A stretch of 63,344 nucleotides of DNA, the filler included, from Choristocarpus tenellus KU-1152 (Eukaryota > Protista > Phaeophyceae): the NCBI GenBank assembly GCA_964200185.2. It is 11 parts of 11 records of this genome, joined end to end, with 100 filler letters (N's around TTAATTAATTAA, not from the genome) between each part and the next. Parts side by side here need not be neighbours in the genome. Positions count along the whole stretch, not along the records: positions 1 to 9,445 come from CAXNAD020003671.1; positions 9,546 to 12,802 come from CAXNAD020021226.1; 9 more parts are not named here. One strand, 5' to 3'. This document shows, piece by piece, positions 1-12,802 of the stretch. The translations under genes were made by a program, and so were the position numbers. Every line of letters starts with the position of its first letter. The stretch's first letter is position 1. The notes beneath the pieces are model-generated. The model saw only the letters and a list, made by a program, of their open reading frames with translations, was not told the origin of the DNA and ran no database searches.

Positions 1-1100
1 TCCACGTTTTTTTTTTTTAATATTTTATCTTAATCTTCTTTTTGTTTTTTTCTTTTTATTTTTTTTTTTTTATTCCCCCCCCCCCCCCTCCCCCCCCCAC
101 CTCCTCCTCCTCCTTTTCTATTTCTTTCAGTCCATAAGCTTTGATGCATCGGACAAAGAACCTGGTGAGGTTGTGATAGTGGACAAGACGCTTGTCCAGG
201 AAAGACTCTCGGATATGCTGATCAAATCAGACATGTCCAAGTACATCATTTAACCTGCTTTAGACTGGTTTTGTAAGACCTGCGTGGTGATTTTTGCATC
301 AAGAGCCCCCTAGGCGAAGTATCTGGCTGCAGTAAGTAGGATACGCCTCTTTGTTCGGCAAAACCTCAAGAGGGGTGCTCTGGTAGTGTCGACCCCTCTA
401 GGCAGGGGAAGTTTTACCACTGGATTGAAAGGCGTTCGCTCCTACACTCTGCCATTGTTTTGTTTTGTTTTGCAAGGGTTGGGTGAAGAGGCAGCAAGTA
501 TGACACACTTTCCATGTGAGTGGTTCCGGGAACGGTCTTTTTTTGTTTCAAGGTGCGACATTAGCAGAGCTGCTGCTGCTGATGCCTGCTGATGCTTCTG
601 CTGCCCTCAAGGGTCACAGCCAAAATTGAACAGAATTGCATCCATGGAGACGTGGATGATGGAGAATCCCTCCTTGTCTTCCCACCATCAGTCGTATATA
701 GAATGTCACCTCCATCACCCTCCCTCCGTCATCGTCCATTGTCATCCGTGATGCGCCAGCATGTGTTCGTTTTTTGGTACAGAAGAAACCTTCCATCTTC
801 TTTGTGATAAAAGAAACATTCTTCCGTATTTGAGACTACTTTTGGGGGGGGATTTTACATGTCCCCGGAGTTGGAAGCACAGTCCACTCTTTCTTATTTT
901 ACTATATATTTATATATACATATATATATAGAGAGAGAGAGAGAGAATGTGTACGTGTTCAAATACGTCGCATGATACGTCACTCCTGAGGTAATGATTT
1001 GGTGAATCAAAGGAGTGAGGTGAAGGTGCTGGTGGCTGGGATCCTCATATTGGGGACCCTCGCATTGGGAAGGTAACCTAGAGGTAATAGATACTACTAC

Positions 1101-1346
1101 TGTTGAATCTTGTACCGGACTGGTGCTTTTTGCTGAATCTTATATCGGACCGGTCGTTTTTGCTAAATCTTGTACCGGACCGGTTCTATTTCCTGGATCT
1201 TGTATCGGACCGGTTCTTTTTGCTGAATCTTGTATCGGACCGGCCGCTTTTGCTATACCTTGTACCGGACGGTTCTTTTTGCTGAATCTTGTATCGGACC
1301 GGTCGTTTTTACTAAACCTTGTACCGGACTGGTTCTTTTTGCTGAA
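1101..1346. repeat. 30-bp minisatellite, about 8 units
   Basis: Unit TGCTGAATCTTGTAYCGGACCGGTTCTTTT; one 1-nt deletion near 1270. Confidence 0.95.
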
Positions 1347-1782
1347 GTCAGAACCTAAGTGAGCAGAGTACGTTGTTATTACTGCGGTTCTGATGACGAA
1401 CCCTGCAATGGTGATTTTTCTGTAGATGCAATGCCGAGAGGGGTCGTATCTGTTTTGATTGTTTTTGTTTTTTTTAAGTGCTTTCACCATTCAGAACATT
1501 AATGGCGGTGTATACAAGAAGTTAAATGATGCCCTCTCTCTTTCACACAAGATGAATCAGAGTGGTTGGTGGACAACATCGATTTCCGTGTGAGGAATAG
1601 GGACTGGTGTTGGACTTGTCGGTTGGTGTCATCAATCCACCAAGGTCAACCCTGGTTCGGGTCAAAACATAGTTTCAACAGGTTATGAGCCTCACGACAA
1701 TTCTTTTGCTGGAGGTGGTGGCATCTCTGTGATCATGGTAATGGAAAATCATTTATGTACGTTTAGGTGGTGTCAACCACTT

Positions 1783-1964
1783 GACCCAAAGTATCTGGAG
1801 GAGGGGGGGGGTCTACACCAGGGTGGGTGTCCATTTGGCCCATAACCAGGAAAAATGCACTTACATTATCCATCCGACATATGCAACCAAATCACCAAAA
1901 AATCGCGACATGAAAAAATTGAACCCAAATGGATAGTCACCACCCCCCCCAGATATTTTGAGCC
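1783..1964. mobile_element. MITE family A (about 180 bp, G-tract TIRs)
   Basis: TIRs GACCCAAAGTATCTGG(G)n ... (C)nCAGATATTTTGAGCC; flanks ACTT/ATTT; homologous to many other copies in the window. Confidence 0.85.
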
Positions 1965-2106
1965 ATTTAGGCAACTAACGACTTGGTAATCTCCCATACC
2001 ATCGTTGATACTGTCTGATAGATGAGCACAACTTGTTTCAGTGTACTGACACCTATGTCTACAATGAAAATTCATCCCTCCACTACTTAGGAGACCTATT
2101 TTTATT

Positions 2107-2378
2107 GAGTCAAAGTAAATGAGAGGTACCTGGGGTTGCATTCTAAGGTTTAAGGCAAATATGCGTTAATAATCCGTTTCTTTTTTTTATATATAAACGT
2201 GTGTAGGATATTTTCTGAATCGAGTCGAAAATTTTCAACCAAAACTGAGAAATCAGCGCTCTCCAAGTTAATGTTAGCACTTCGTCAATGGAAGTATGGG
2301 TGAGTTGCAAAAGATCGAAAAACTGGCGTGAAAATTCGTAACGGTCAAAAACTGGGTACCTCTGGTTTACTTTAACTC
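2107..2378. mobile_element. MITE family C (GGTACC-containing TIRs)
   Basis: GAGTCAAAGTAAATGAGAGGTACC ... GGTACCTCTGGTTTACTTTAACTC. Confidence 0.8.
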
Positions 2379-3487
2379 AATGTACGTAGTGTCACAGTCA
2401 TCAAAAAAATACATGTCTTTTCTTTGTAAACGTGACCATCTAATTGTCACACTCGGAAAAATGGTAGTTTGTTGGAGTAACCTGGTACATTACATATTAT
2501 TTTGCCGACTGACATTATACAGATGAGTCAAGGGGAATAATCAAGGAAAAACTGTATCGTGTCATGCGTATTAACCTGGAGTCACCAGGGAGATGGAGAA
2601 GGAGGGGTTTGTTGGATTCGTAGGATGCTTCACTAGCTCCTCACCCTGGTGTAGGAATAGGTAGATTGGAGGCACAGGAAGGCGGTGATACAACATACAT
2701 ATTAGTGAAATAACGAATAGTTTAGTGTTTCTCACATTTGTGACAAATTTTACTTAGGGAATTTTCTGACATGTGAATAGTTTTACCTACATTATCGTCC
2801 GAGACAGGTTGATAGATCTACTCTCCGGAAACGATTTCTAAAGTGGTGTTTAGCGGAAAGTGCATGAATGTACAATGTAGTAGTTATATCCAACTCCCAA
2901 CGAAGAGGCGAGCAAAGCACCCTTGATGGAGCTGTTTCACCATTACCTTGTTTGTCCAACGAGCAACATTCTGGACTTGTTTGCGATTCCTAGATGTTCG
3001 ACTCAACAATGGTTCAGTTGACTTCATAGTAGGACTATACCTTTTTGTACAGTTCTCCGCCAGAAGGTACAACCCTCACTTGTGGTATTATTACTGTTAT
3101 TAATTTTATTATGATTATCCAGGTATTCAAGCGAAGATCTTGTTGCACTCCCCCCCCTGATCTGAAGATATCGAGGGAATGAACAACGCCCTTCCAGCAG
3201 GCTATCGACAAGTTCCATTCACAAGGTATGTTAGTTCAGGATGGAAATATATCAACGGCTCCTCTTTTTGACTTTGGTGGAGTCCAGGCACATCTCAGCA
3301 CTGGTCCTCAGACCGAACATATCTGGCCTTGATCTTCCTCTTCTCCAGCATCTAGCTCGAATAAGTGGCGGATTGCTGACATAAATTTGTTTGATTCGAC
3401 CACCTGGTCCAGTGCTCTGTGACGTCCTGATCCTTACTCCATCAACTTTTACACCTATCCATACCCTGTCCCAAAAGATGATTGTAT

Positions 3488-3756
3488 CAGTCAAAGTATC
3501 TTAGAGGGTACGAGTTTGCCCTGTTTGTCTGTTTGGGGCTTGGCTTCCCACCGGGTTTTTCGCGACACATTTTCCTATTCCGAAATGATTCGGAGTAGGT
3601 AAAATGTGTACTTTTTGGAATAGGTATCATGCATATGTCCGGAACAAGGATATTGATACTTCCTAACAAATACGATAGCCAAAATTATATCAATGCGCAA
3701 CATTGGATTTTGGCTCCCAAATGGACGCGGCTCTACCCTCTAAGGTACTTTGACTC
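3488..3756. mobile_element. MITE family B (about 260-270 bp), 3-bp TSD TAT
   Basis: TAT|CAGTCAAAGTATCTTAGAGGGTA ... TACCCTCTAAGGTACTTTGACTC|TAT. Confidence 0.9.
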
Positions 3757-4475
3757 TATCTGCTCCAAACACATCATCTCCTTTACTAAGTTGCACGATG
3801 AAAGACAAAAAGTCACCACCTCTGGTAGACAGTGTGACTAGTCTTCTGCATAGGAGACCAACAAGACAACCCAAGCTCCTCCATACCACATTTCGTACCC
3901 ACGAAGTGGACAAGTCATGTGGGAGCGCACACATGATAGTGAGGACAGTCGTTACTGTCTTGAGATGTTTCAAGAAGTTCCAACTGTATACATATAAATA
4001 TATATCCTCCAGTATATGTACGTGGAGTAGAGAAATTTAGAAGGTGACAGATAACACACCAGCACCTAATAGCTAGGATAGGACAACATAAAAAATGACA
4101 CAAGCGGGGGGGTGGGAACCTTCACAAAAAAAAATCAGACTCTCACACAACTGGTTCATCTAATCCCACTCATCACATATCACACAGAGGAAAGAGGAAC
4201 GTGAGACTGGTAAGGGTTGAGATTGCTGCAAGGTGACAACTGCATTGCTGTGCAAGAAATGATCCGCTCTCCCTTTTAGCTAACCAACCCCACCCAACCA
4301 CGATGAAACCCAAATGTAAAATGCTAGCCCACTGCCCAGTCCAGTTGCAGCTCGGACGTCCCTGAACCAGCCCTATTCAATGTTGATCAACAGAACTGAC
4401 CTACAGCCCTGTTTGTTTTAAAAGTAACAACAAAACTCTGCTGGTCCTGGGCCGGTCTTGTTGACATAATTTTCT

Positions 4476-4813
4476 GACCCAAAGTATCTTGGGGGGGGGG
4501 GGCCACCAACCCACGCCCTCGGAACTAGAGCTCCTTTCCACAACAGGAATCAACCTAGNNNNNNNNNNTTAAAAAAAAAACAAACCAAACCGCGCGGTCG
4601 TCGGGGGTGGTTTTTTTCATATTTTTTGTCCCCCGGGGGGGTGGGGGGGGGGGGGGGGGGGGGGTCTACACCGGGATGTCGATTGGGTCAAAACCAGGAA
4701 AACTGCACTTACATTATCCTTCCGAGGTATGCGACCAAATCACCCAAAAATCGCGACATGGAAAAATTGACCCCATATGGACAGCCGCCACCCCCCTCCA
4801 GATACTTTGAGCC
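4476..4813. mobile_element. MITE family A spanning a 10-N gap
   Basis: Both termini present; noisy sequence around the G-tract and gap. Confidence 0.7.
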
Positions 4814-5889
4814 TCAAAGGCCCGTTTGTCACCCGGTCTGGTTCGAATCTCTGACAGTTGAGGACAATGATATGTCAGCCGAACCGACTTGGTCAAGATG
4901 GGTCGGGCCTGCCCAGTCAAAATATGCTGACTCGATTCCCAAATGGTCCCAAATGCACTTGGGAATAAGCATGTTAAAATAAATCCCTCAAGCTGCACAC
5001 GTTCCTGTCATCATATTGTGACTTCAGCTGAGAGTTGACAAGTCCAGCTCTGTATCATACTCGGAGCTTACTCCCGTATTTAATAATGAACCACAGGTTC
5101 ACTGGCAGCCTGGTCCAGACACACTCTTTGTCAGCCCTGGACCGGTTAAGTTAGACCATTTTTCATCAGGGCCAGCCCACAGCCTGGTCTGATTGAAAAC
5201 TGTGAGGGTCCTGCGTCAGACATTGAGATAAGCCCTAGTGGAACAGTGGTATTTCAATGTTTGAAGACCTGGAAAGGGTTGTTGTTAAACACTTTCCGCA
5301 GGGGTCAGCCTTTCACCCGGACCAGGTGAACTTCTGATGGCCCAGCAGTGGTCATGCCAAAACGTACTTCACCAGAACCAGCCCATTAGCCTGGTCCCAT
5401 CACGTTTACCCGGTCCGGTGGAAAGCCCTGTAATAAAACATGATTGATTGGAAGAACACCTGCCTCCTTCTCGTTTGGTTGTTTCCAGAATAGCTGTTAG
5501 ATCCATCCTTTCCCTAACGACTAACTTCTAGGAGGTGTGGAACTTTGGAAAATGAGGAAGGGTCATCTTCAGCATCATGAACGCCTAAAGAGTTATTTGG
5601 AGACACTTGATATCCCAGATCCATGTTTAGGTGGGATGGAGTGCTGGGAAGTCCCCTGGAGCTTCAGGATATCTTCCTGATAGATGGACAATGACCCAAA
5701 AAACAGTCCACCCATGTTGCCTGTGGAAGTGGTGAAGTGCTTGATTTCCAGAGGTCTTCATGAAGAGGGCACGTAGGAGATGGTAGGTTGATGTCGCCCC
5801 CCTGCACTGCCGCCACCCTGCCTCCCATGCTCACCTCAACCCTCTCCTCTACCCCCAGGACGCCTCTCCCTCCCTACACGGAGCCACGC

Positions 5890-6146
5890 GAGTGAAAGTA
5901 TCTTAGGGGGTATGAATATTGCCCTGTTTGTCCATGTGGGGCTTGGCTTCCCACGGGTTTTTATTGCATTTTACCTACTCCAAAATGTTTCGGAGTAGGT
6001 AAAATGTATACGTTATGAAAATAAGTGTCCAGAAAAGGATATTGACATCTCCTAACAAACATGGCAGTCAAATTTACATCAAAATTGCAACATTGGATTT
6101 TTACCCCCAAATGCACGCAGCTATACCCTCTAAGATACTTTGGCTC
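5890..6146. mobile_element. MITE family B, probable 4-bp TSD ACGC/ATGC
   Basis: GAGTGAAAGTATCTTAGGGGGTA ... TACCCTCTAAGATACTTTGGCTC; body homologous to 3488-3756. Confidence 0.88.
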
Positions 6147-6891
6147 ATGCACTGCTAGCGGGTTTGGTGGTCTTACTTGGTATCTTCAGGCCTTCATCCT
6201 TGCTGCTCTGTAGTTTTTCTCCACATTTTCACTCACCTCGTCCATCAATTCATTTCGAGGCACCTCATGCTCTCCTTGATATAGTCAGATGTGACTATCC
6301 CCCCTCATTTTTTCCCAGGTAGGTCCTTGCAGCAGGCATCTTCTTCCCACCCCAGCTCCTTCTCTTGAGGTGCTCCCCAAGCATGATGGTGTTGACATTT
6401 GCTATACCCGTCACCGCGTCTGGAGGCATACTCTTAAATGATGACCAGCTAAATGTGCGGTATATGTGTTCATCAACGAACACAGTACGTAGCTTGCCAT
6501 CAAAGGGACGCCTCCCTCTACCTTTAGCTTCCCCACGAACTACTTGGTGGTGACGGAGGATAGCATATAGCAGCAAAAAAATCCCCCCTCGGTGCCACCC
6601 TCTACCCATCCAAACTGGACCCTCCCCTCGCCTTTGAAGATGACGAGGGGGCTCACGAAGGTGCTGTTTACTTCATTTCTCGAGTTGCTTTCATGTTTGC
6701 AAAGGCCAGCCTTTGCTGCACTCCCTTATGGGCTTTTAACACCCATTCTCTTGGTTCCGTGGAAAGAGTTACCTGCAAGTGGGGTGGGACAGTGACACTA
6801 GGTAGTACTATTGAAGTCTAGGCAAAAAAATGGCGGAGCTTGCTCATGTGCTAATAGGAGGTATTGCCAAAGGAGGAGGTTTAGGGTCTAA

Positions 6892-7044
6892 CTGGTGCCC
6901 GTGTTTATAGGGGCACCCCCACTAATATACAATACTCTATCTAGCCCTACCTCCAAAGCAACTCTAGAAAGTTTTCTTACGCATTCAGAATATATGGCAC
7001 AACAGAGAATATGAGTGGGGTGCCCCTTCAAACCCGGGTAACTG
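6892..7044. mobile_element. Small TIR element (about 150 bp), unrelated to families A-D
   Basis: Inverted repeats CCGTGTTTATAGGGGCACCCCCACT / AGTGGGGTGCCCCTTCAAACCCGG. Confidence 0.6.
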
Positions 7045-7102
7045 TGATTCCAGAAACCTCGCTTTGCTAAATCCTCTCACAATCAATAGTCGGAGAATCC
7101 TT

Positions 7103-7369
7103 GAGCCAAAGCATTTAAGAGGATTGGGCCGCATCCGTTGGGGGTCATACATCCAATGTCGCGGTTTTGATGTAATTTTGGCTATGGTGTTTGATAGCGT
7201 CTATATCCTTGCTCTGGACACACCTTTCATAGCTGTATACATTTTACCTACTCCGAAATGTTTCTGTGTTCGCATAGAAATCCGAAAAAGGGCATAAAAA
7301 CCCCGTGGGAAGCCAAGCCCCGAACGGACAAACAGGGCATAACTCCTACCCTCTTAAATGCTTTCACTC
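7103..7369. mobile_element. MITE family B variant (GCATTTAAG termini), 3-bp TSD CTT
   Basis: CTT|GAGCCAAAGCATTTAAGAGG ... CCTCTTAAATGCTTTCACTC|CTT; body is family B in reverse orientation. Confidence 0.88.
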
Positions 7370-7736
7370 CTTATCTTATTTGAGTGAAACCAACTGAGAA
7401 GTAGGCAGGGCTGCACTTTATGGATGCAAAAATTGAAAAACTGTCTTAAAATGCAAAACGTCGAAGACCTGGGTACATCTTGATACTTCGACTCAAAAAT
7501 ACCTCTCATTGGAATGCTACACCAGTATGTGTGTGGCATCTGTGCTGCAAGGACTCCTGGGCGAGACAATGATAACTGTGTTTTCATCGTCACTAATTAA
7601 TATTGTCACCCTTCACTGTCTTTCCTCTTGATTTTGTTTGATTCCCGAGTCATTATGTACCTTTTTTGTACCACTGACATCATTTGGTTGCTCCCATCAT
7701 TCAACTACAACCCACTAGCAATCTACACTTGTCCGA

Positions 7737-7934
7737 AGCTCAAAGTATGTGAGGGGGGGTAGGGGCTGTCGATTCGGGACCCATTTTTCCATGTCGCGAT
7801 TTTGGGGTGAATTTGTTGCATGCGGCATGCATACATTGGATGGATAATGTAAGTGCACTTCTCCTGGTCAGGGCCCGAATGGACACCCTGGTGTAGACAC
7901 CCACCCACTCCCCCACCCCCAGATACTCTGAGCC
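7737..7934. mobile_element. MITE family A, 4-bp TSD CCGA
   Basis: CCGA|AGCTCAAAGTATGTG ... CAGATACTCTGAGCC|CCGA. Confidence 0.85.
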
Positions 7935-9140
7935 CCGAATAGTAGGTAGTACACACACACAGTCACATTGCGGTGTACGTTAGTATCGAACTCCACGAGG
8001 TTAATCCCTCACACATGTCTGATGTCTGACCAGATAAGAGTATATACTCTTATGAAAAAAATACATATAACTCCAACTAGCCCCAAAACAGGTCAACAAA
8101 TATCCTTGTCTAACCTGGAATTTTTTTCCCAAGAGTCAGAGAGTACCATTAGAGTTGGATTGCCCCTGGTCTAGTCTGAGTATACATTCGTTCTTTCTGA
8201 AGCACACCTTCAAAATTTACAAAATATTCTCTGACATGGCCTAAAATGAATGGGTCCCCAGTTCCGATCACTCTAATCACAAATGTGATAAATTTATCCA
8301 CGTTCCCTTTAAGGTGTCCATAAGGTCACACAATGCAATCTCCGTTAAATTGTCTGGCCTAGTCCGAGTATACACTTGTTTCTTTTGAACTGGACCTTCA
8401 AAAGTTACAAAATACATAGCTCTGATTGGGCATACAAATCATGCACCTTCCGTTCCAATATTCCCGGTTATATAAATGCAAGTCCTATCAAGGATTAGAC
8501 TTATATCATGATTTACTCGGTATCTGATTATTGCCTATGCCCCCCAAGCACAAAGCATACTCAAGGCTGCTAGTGCGCAAAACAGGGAATGACAAAAATT
8601 AAGATAAATAGATAAAGAAGGGCTAATGAGAGTAATACATAGTAATAATAAAGAAAAACAAAGTAAATAAAAATCAAACAGGTAATAAATAGAAAAAAAT
8701 AATAATATGTGGATGATGAGGGTAACAAAGTGGAAACTGAATAAAAATAAAATAAAAGGAAGAACAAAAAAGTAAGAACAAAATAAAATAAAAAAATCGG
8801 TAAATAAGGAGAGTAACAACTCATGAAAAAAAGAAAAATTAAATTAATAATCAGGGGATGATGGGATGAGAACAAAAAATAAATAAACATTAGGGTTAGC
8901 TTCCACCCTGTAACAAATATCCTCTAGTGCAAAGAACACTTCTGTGTTGAAGCATACATATTTCAACCTCTACGTCCCCTCCTCAACATTGTCAATCCAC
9001 TACTGAGGTCACAGAAAGACCAAATATTTATCACTACCTGTCACTACCCACAACTTTCTAAACATTCATTTCACTATTAAGGACAGGAATGGAGAACCGT
9101 TTTATTTCTATTTAATGCATGGAAATGACATAGGCAGTAC

Positions 9141-9445
9141 TGTTACAGGCGAATAGCGCGAGCATTTCTTCTTGTATTTCAACAAAGTTTGAGCATTTGT
9201 TACACGCGAATAGCGCGAGCTTTTTTCTCCTTATGTGTTAGGAAATACGTACATTTGTAATAGACATACAGTGTGAAGATTGTTTCTCGAGTTCTGACAA
9301 GGGCGAACTATATACGATATTAGTAACACATAGGTAACCTTACAGAATAAGTGATAATTTTAAGGAGATGCAGAGTAAGATTCGGAATACCTAAGTGACA
9401 TCACAGAGGAAAATGTCAAAGTCACTAAGAAGTTGAAGAATAAAG
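9141..9445 (+). mobile_element. LTR 5' part, same family as 27142-27749, cut by contig end
   Basis: Starts TGTTACAGGCGAATAG and aligns along its length with 27142-27445. Confidence 0.85.
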
Positions 9446-9545
9446 NNNNNNNNNNNNNNNNNNNNNNNNNNNNNNNNNNNNNNNNNNNNTTAATTAATTA
9501 ANNNNNNNNNNNNNNNNNNNNNNNNNNNNNNNNNNNNNNNNNNNN
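9446..9545. other. Artificial contig linker N44-TTAATTAATTAA-N44; also at 12803, 26089, 30065, 38308, 43095, 49097, 52796, 57331 and 60129
   Basis: Identical 100-nt spacer carrying stop codons in all six frames. Confidence 0.98.
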
Positions 9546-9699
9546 GGTGGCGACTGTCCATTTGGGGCCAATTTTTTTTATGGCGCGATTTTTGAGTGAT
9601 TTGGTTCCATACGTTGGATGGATAATGAAAGTGCACTTTTCCTGGTATTGGTTCAAATGGACACTCTGGTGTAGACCCCCCCCCCAGATACTTTGGGTC
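9546..9699. mobile_element. MITE family A, truncated by contig start
   Basis: Family A body ending CAGATACTTTGGGTC. Confidence 0.8.
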
Positions 9700-9977
9700 A
9701 TTGGTATGTTCCTCTAAAAAACAGGTCGCACAGGAATTAACAGTGGATTTCAAAAATGGTGCGGAAACAGTGCCGATATGTTTTTTTTGGTAAATGTTGG
9801 GGCACTTTTTAAGGGCCACTTTTTGAATGGGAATCCATGCCGAAGGTGGTAGTAGGACATACTTAATTGATCTTGTACGTTTCCAATGTCCAGAAAACAA
9901 AAGGTCAAAAAAAAAATGGCACCCTCCAATTTTTTGAGATACAAAATCTGAAATTGTTGGACATTTGTATTCTTAAA

Positions 9978-10094
9978 GAGTGAGACTATCTTAGAGGGTA
10001 CACGATAGCCAAAATTACATCAAACTCACAACATTGTATTTTGACCCCCAAATGGACACGACTCTACCCACCCTGTAAGAATATACTTTGGCTC
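9978..10094. mobile_element. Internally deleted family B MITE, 4-bp TSD TAAA
   Basis: TAAA|GAGTGAGACTATCTTAGAGGGTA ... ATACTTTGGCTC|TAAA. Confidence 0.8.
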
Positions 10095-10869
10095 TAAAAA
10101 TACTAGAGACAACAAAAAGCGGTTGTTGAGTTTCGGCGATTTCTCTTTCTGTTGACAATTATATTATATGAAAAAAGGAATATCGAACAGCATACGATTA
10201 CATATTGAAAAGAGACAGAGTAAAAGTTTCTTGTGACCTTTTCGTGTCGTACCTTTGAAACGTATTAGATCAATGAAGGATGTGGTTTGTATCGGTTTTT
10301 GTTGGTGTAAAGATTAGAATATCATTCTACTTTTGGAAACCATTCAACACTCAGACGTGCGTTACGATTTTTCCAAAGTAGAATGATATTCTAATCTTTA
10401 CACCAGGGATAATGAAGGGTGTTGTTAAAGAAGGCATTTGTAAAACACACACACACATCTGGCTTTAACTGAAAGCAGGGAGAATGACTAGCAACTTTTT
10501 GTCCTGCCTTTTCATTATCCGAATTTGAATTAGGCTCCTCTACCACAAATTCTGTTGAGTTTCCTCTTGAAGCAGGTACTAAGCAAGTTGGTAGAACTCT
10601 GTGTATCACACGGCACCAAAAATAAGTGACACCACCCACCAGTGTGCAAGAGATGCAGAAGAACAGAGTATTGTAAAACCCTCTCAAGCCCATGGGTATT
10701 CCCTGTTAACATTCTGCGAAACCAATGGATACCCCCATTCTCTGTGGATTTTGAAACATCGACAAATATTTGATGTGAAACCCATGGCCCTTACCATCCA
10801 TGGAAGAGTATTTGTCCCCATTGTTGGGTTCAAAGCTTTTTTTCTTGTCTAGATATTCAATCAGCCTAT

Positions 10870-12620
10870 TGGCAATTACCGATGTCTGAGGAATGCGAAC
10901 GGCAACAGGCTATCTTCCTTTCATCGCAGATGGTGAGTATGAGTTTGGAGGTTACCGTACAAAATGTACTGTGGATATTCCAAGACTCAATGTCTGAAAC
11001 AGTTTCTAAAGGTGATCCTAGCTGAGGCGTATTGGTATATTTAGATATTTTGGCTTGTCCAACTTGTGGTGCACCATAAACAATTGATTGTCATGAACCG
11101 TAGGGGTTGTACGTTAACGCCATCCAAGTCTCAATTTGGCTCTAGGCAAATCCATTATTTGGGGCATGATGTCAACCCCGAAGGAGTACATACATCCTAG
11201 AGGGGGCTGCCGCTGAGTTGAAGGGACTGCCGTCTTCTGGTACATGTGCTCCAAGCACTCTGGAGGTCATTTTCACACTTGTGTAGACAAGTTTCCTTCT
11301 CCTCTTTCACAGCCACATCCTCAGCCATACTGTGGCTGGACACAATGCAAGACACGTCCAATCTATTAGCTATATGGAGCCTAGCTCTGTGAAGCATTGA
11401 TTTCATCATCATTTGTGAGCCAAGTGGATTACATTGCATCCCATGTATGTTGTCATGTCCTCAACTGGAAGAGTTCTGTAAACAAAAATCTGAACTGGTA
11501 ACCTTGTCTCCTGTATGTCAAAATGTGTGAGCTCAAGCAAGTTATATCCTGCCTATGACTTGTATGCGGACGACCTAGGTGGAATCCCTAGAGTGGCAAA
11601 TGACTCAAAGCTCTATGTTAGTTCCATCAGTGTAATCCCGGTAGTCGATAGCCAAAGCTCAACGTAATCGGTTTGAAGCACACTTCAAATGTTTGGCAAA
11701 CCTTGAATATTCAACACTACCCCTCAATTAGGGAATGGCCTACACCATGTTGTTGTTGTTTTTTGCACACAAGAGAGGTATTGAAGTCCTGTAACACCAA
11801 TATTATCAACCTGGTCATCTCCACAAGGAGCTTTTCGTGATCAATTGGTAGCCCCAACTGAAGTCCAGGGTTCAATTTCACTTGCCCTACATGACCACGA
11901 GGTTGCAGACCATATTGCTTTCAAGAACACTCTTTTCCATGTAAGAGGCAGTCATTTGTGGCTGATCTAGATAGAGATATTAGCAATGGGTTCAAAACAT
12001 GCCAGCTGTGTCAAAGACAAAGACCTCCTATACTCCTACTTCGCTACCCACAGGATATACATGTGCCTGTTACACACCTGTTTCAATGTCCCAATGTTGA
12101 CCTTACAGAATATATCACCACATAAGATGATACAAGATATGTGCTATCCACCGTAGACCATCTTGCAATATCCGCATTCTTTGTTGACAATGCAAATTTG
12201 TATGAAGACCGTGACTAGATCTCTAGTTGATCGTCTTTTTATCAATTGTTGGGTCCCCTAAAACTCTCCGCTCTGACCAAGAAAATATCTGAGAATGAGC
12301 TATTGGCAGAGTGATGAAAAGTGTATGTTTGCTACAAAACTAAGACTAGCATATTGACCCCAACGCAAGAGTGTATGTGGAGGAGCTCATTCCACGATGC
12401 ATTGTATGCTGGCCATGCATTCTAATGTTTGTGAGTCTGACTGGGCATCTTTTTTTCCCCTATTAGTACATCTAGCACATTACACAACCTACAATAGCAC
12501 TCTTTCAAAGAACGCCATTTTCTTCACATCTGTTCAGTGGTCGCCCAATTCTAGTATTTGATCTTGTTTTGGGGGTTCTTGGGGTTGCCCCTATAGTCTG
12601 TAAAAGAATATACCATGAGA
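10870..12620 (+). mobile_element. Highly decayed Ty3/Gypsy pol remnant (RT to integrase)
   Basis: Broken frames give VLVYLD (about 11030), IHYLGHDVNPEGV (about 11150) and LAMHSNVCESDWASF..HLAHYTTYNSTL (about 12410-12500). Confidence 0.7.
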
Positions 12621-12634
12621 ACTAAGAAAAAATT

Positions 12635-12802
12635 GGCTCAATTATCTGGGGGTGGTGGTGGCTGTTCATTCGGGGCCCAATTTTCCATGTCGTGATTTTT
12701 TGGTGAATTTGGTTGCAGGGTTTAATGGATAAAGTGCAATTCTCTTAGTCAGGGCCCGAAAGGACACCCTGGTGTACCCCCCCCCCCCCCCCCCCCCCCC
12801 CC
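12635..12802. mobile_element. MITE family A, truncated by contig end
   Basis: GGCTCAATTATCTGGGG start, family A body, ends in the C-tract at the linker. Confidence 0.8.

Noticed and set aside
1101-1346. CRISPR array (30-bp partly palindromic repeat)
   Set aside because: Units are head-to-tail with no unique spacers, there are no cas genes, and the context is eukaryotic.
4626-4982. Recurring small ORFs of the QNQEKCTFIIHP / YPLRYF type as a peptide family
   Set aside because: They are translations of non-coding MITE copies, and frames are not conserved between copies.
5460-5780. hAT dimerisation-domain remnant on the minus strand
   Set aside because: Only a faint motif resemblance (AFMMLKM); too weak to call.
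8535-8890. Hydrophobic membrane-protein-like ORFs (also 54414-54758)
   Set aside because: Translations of A-rich low-complexity, possibly low-quality sequence.
9490-9501. Recurrent TTAATTAATTAA motif
   Set aside because: Artificial linker inside N runs, not biological.
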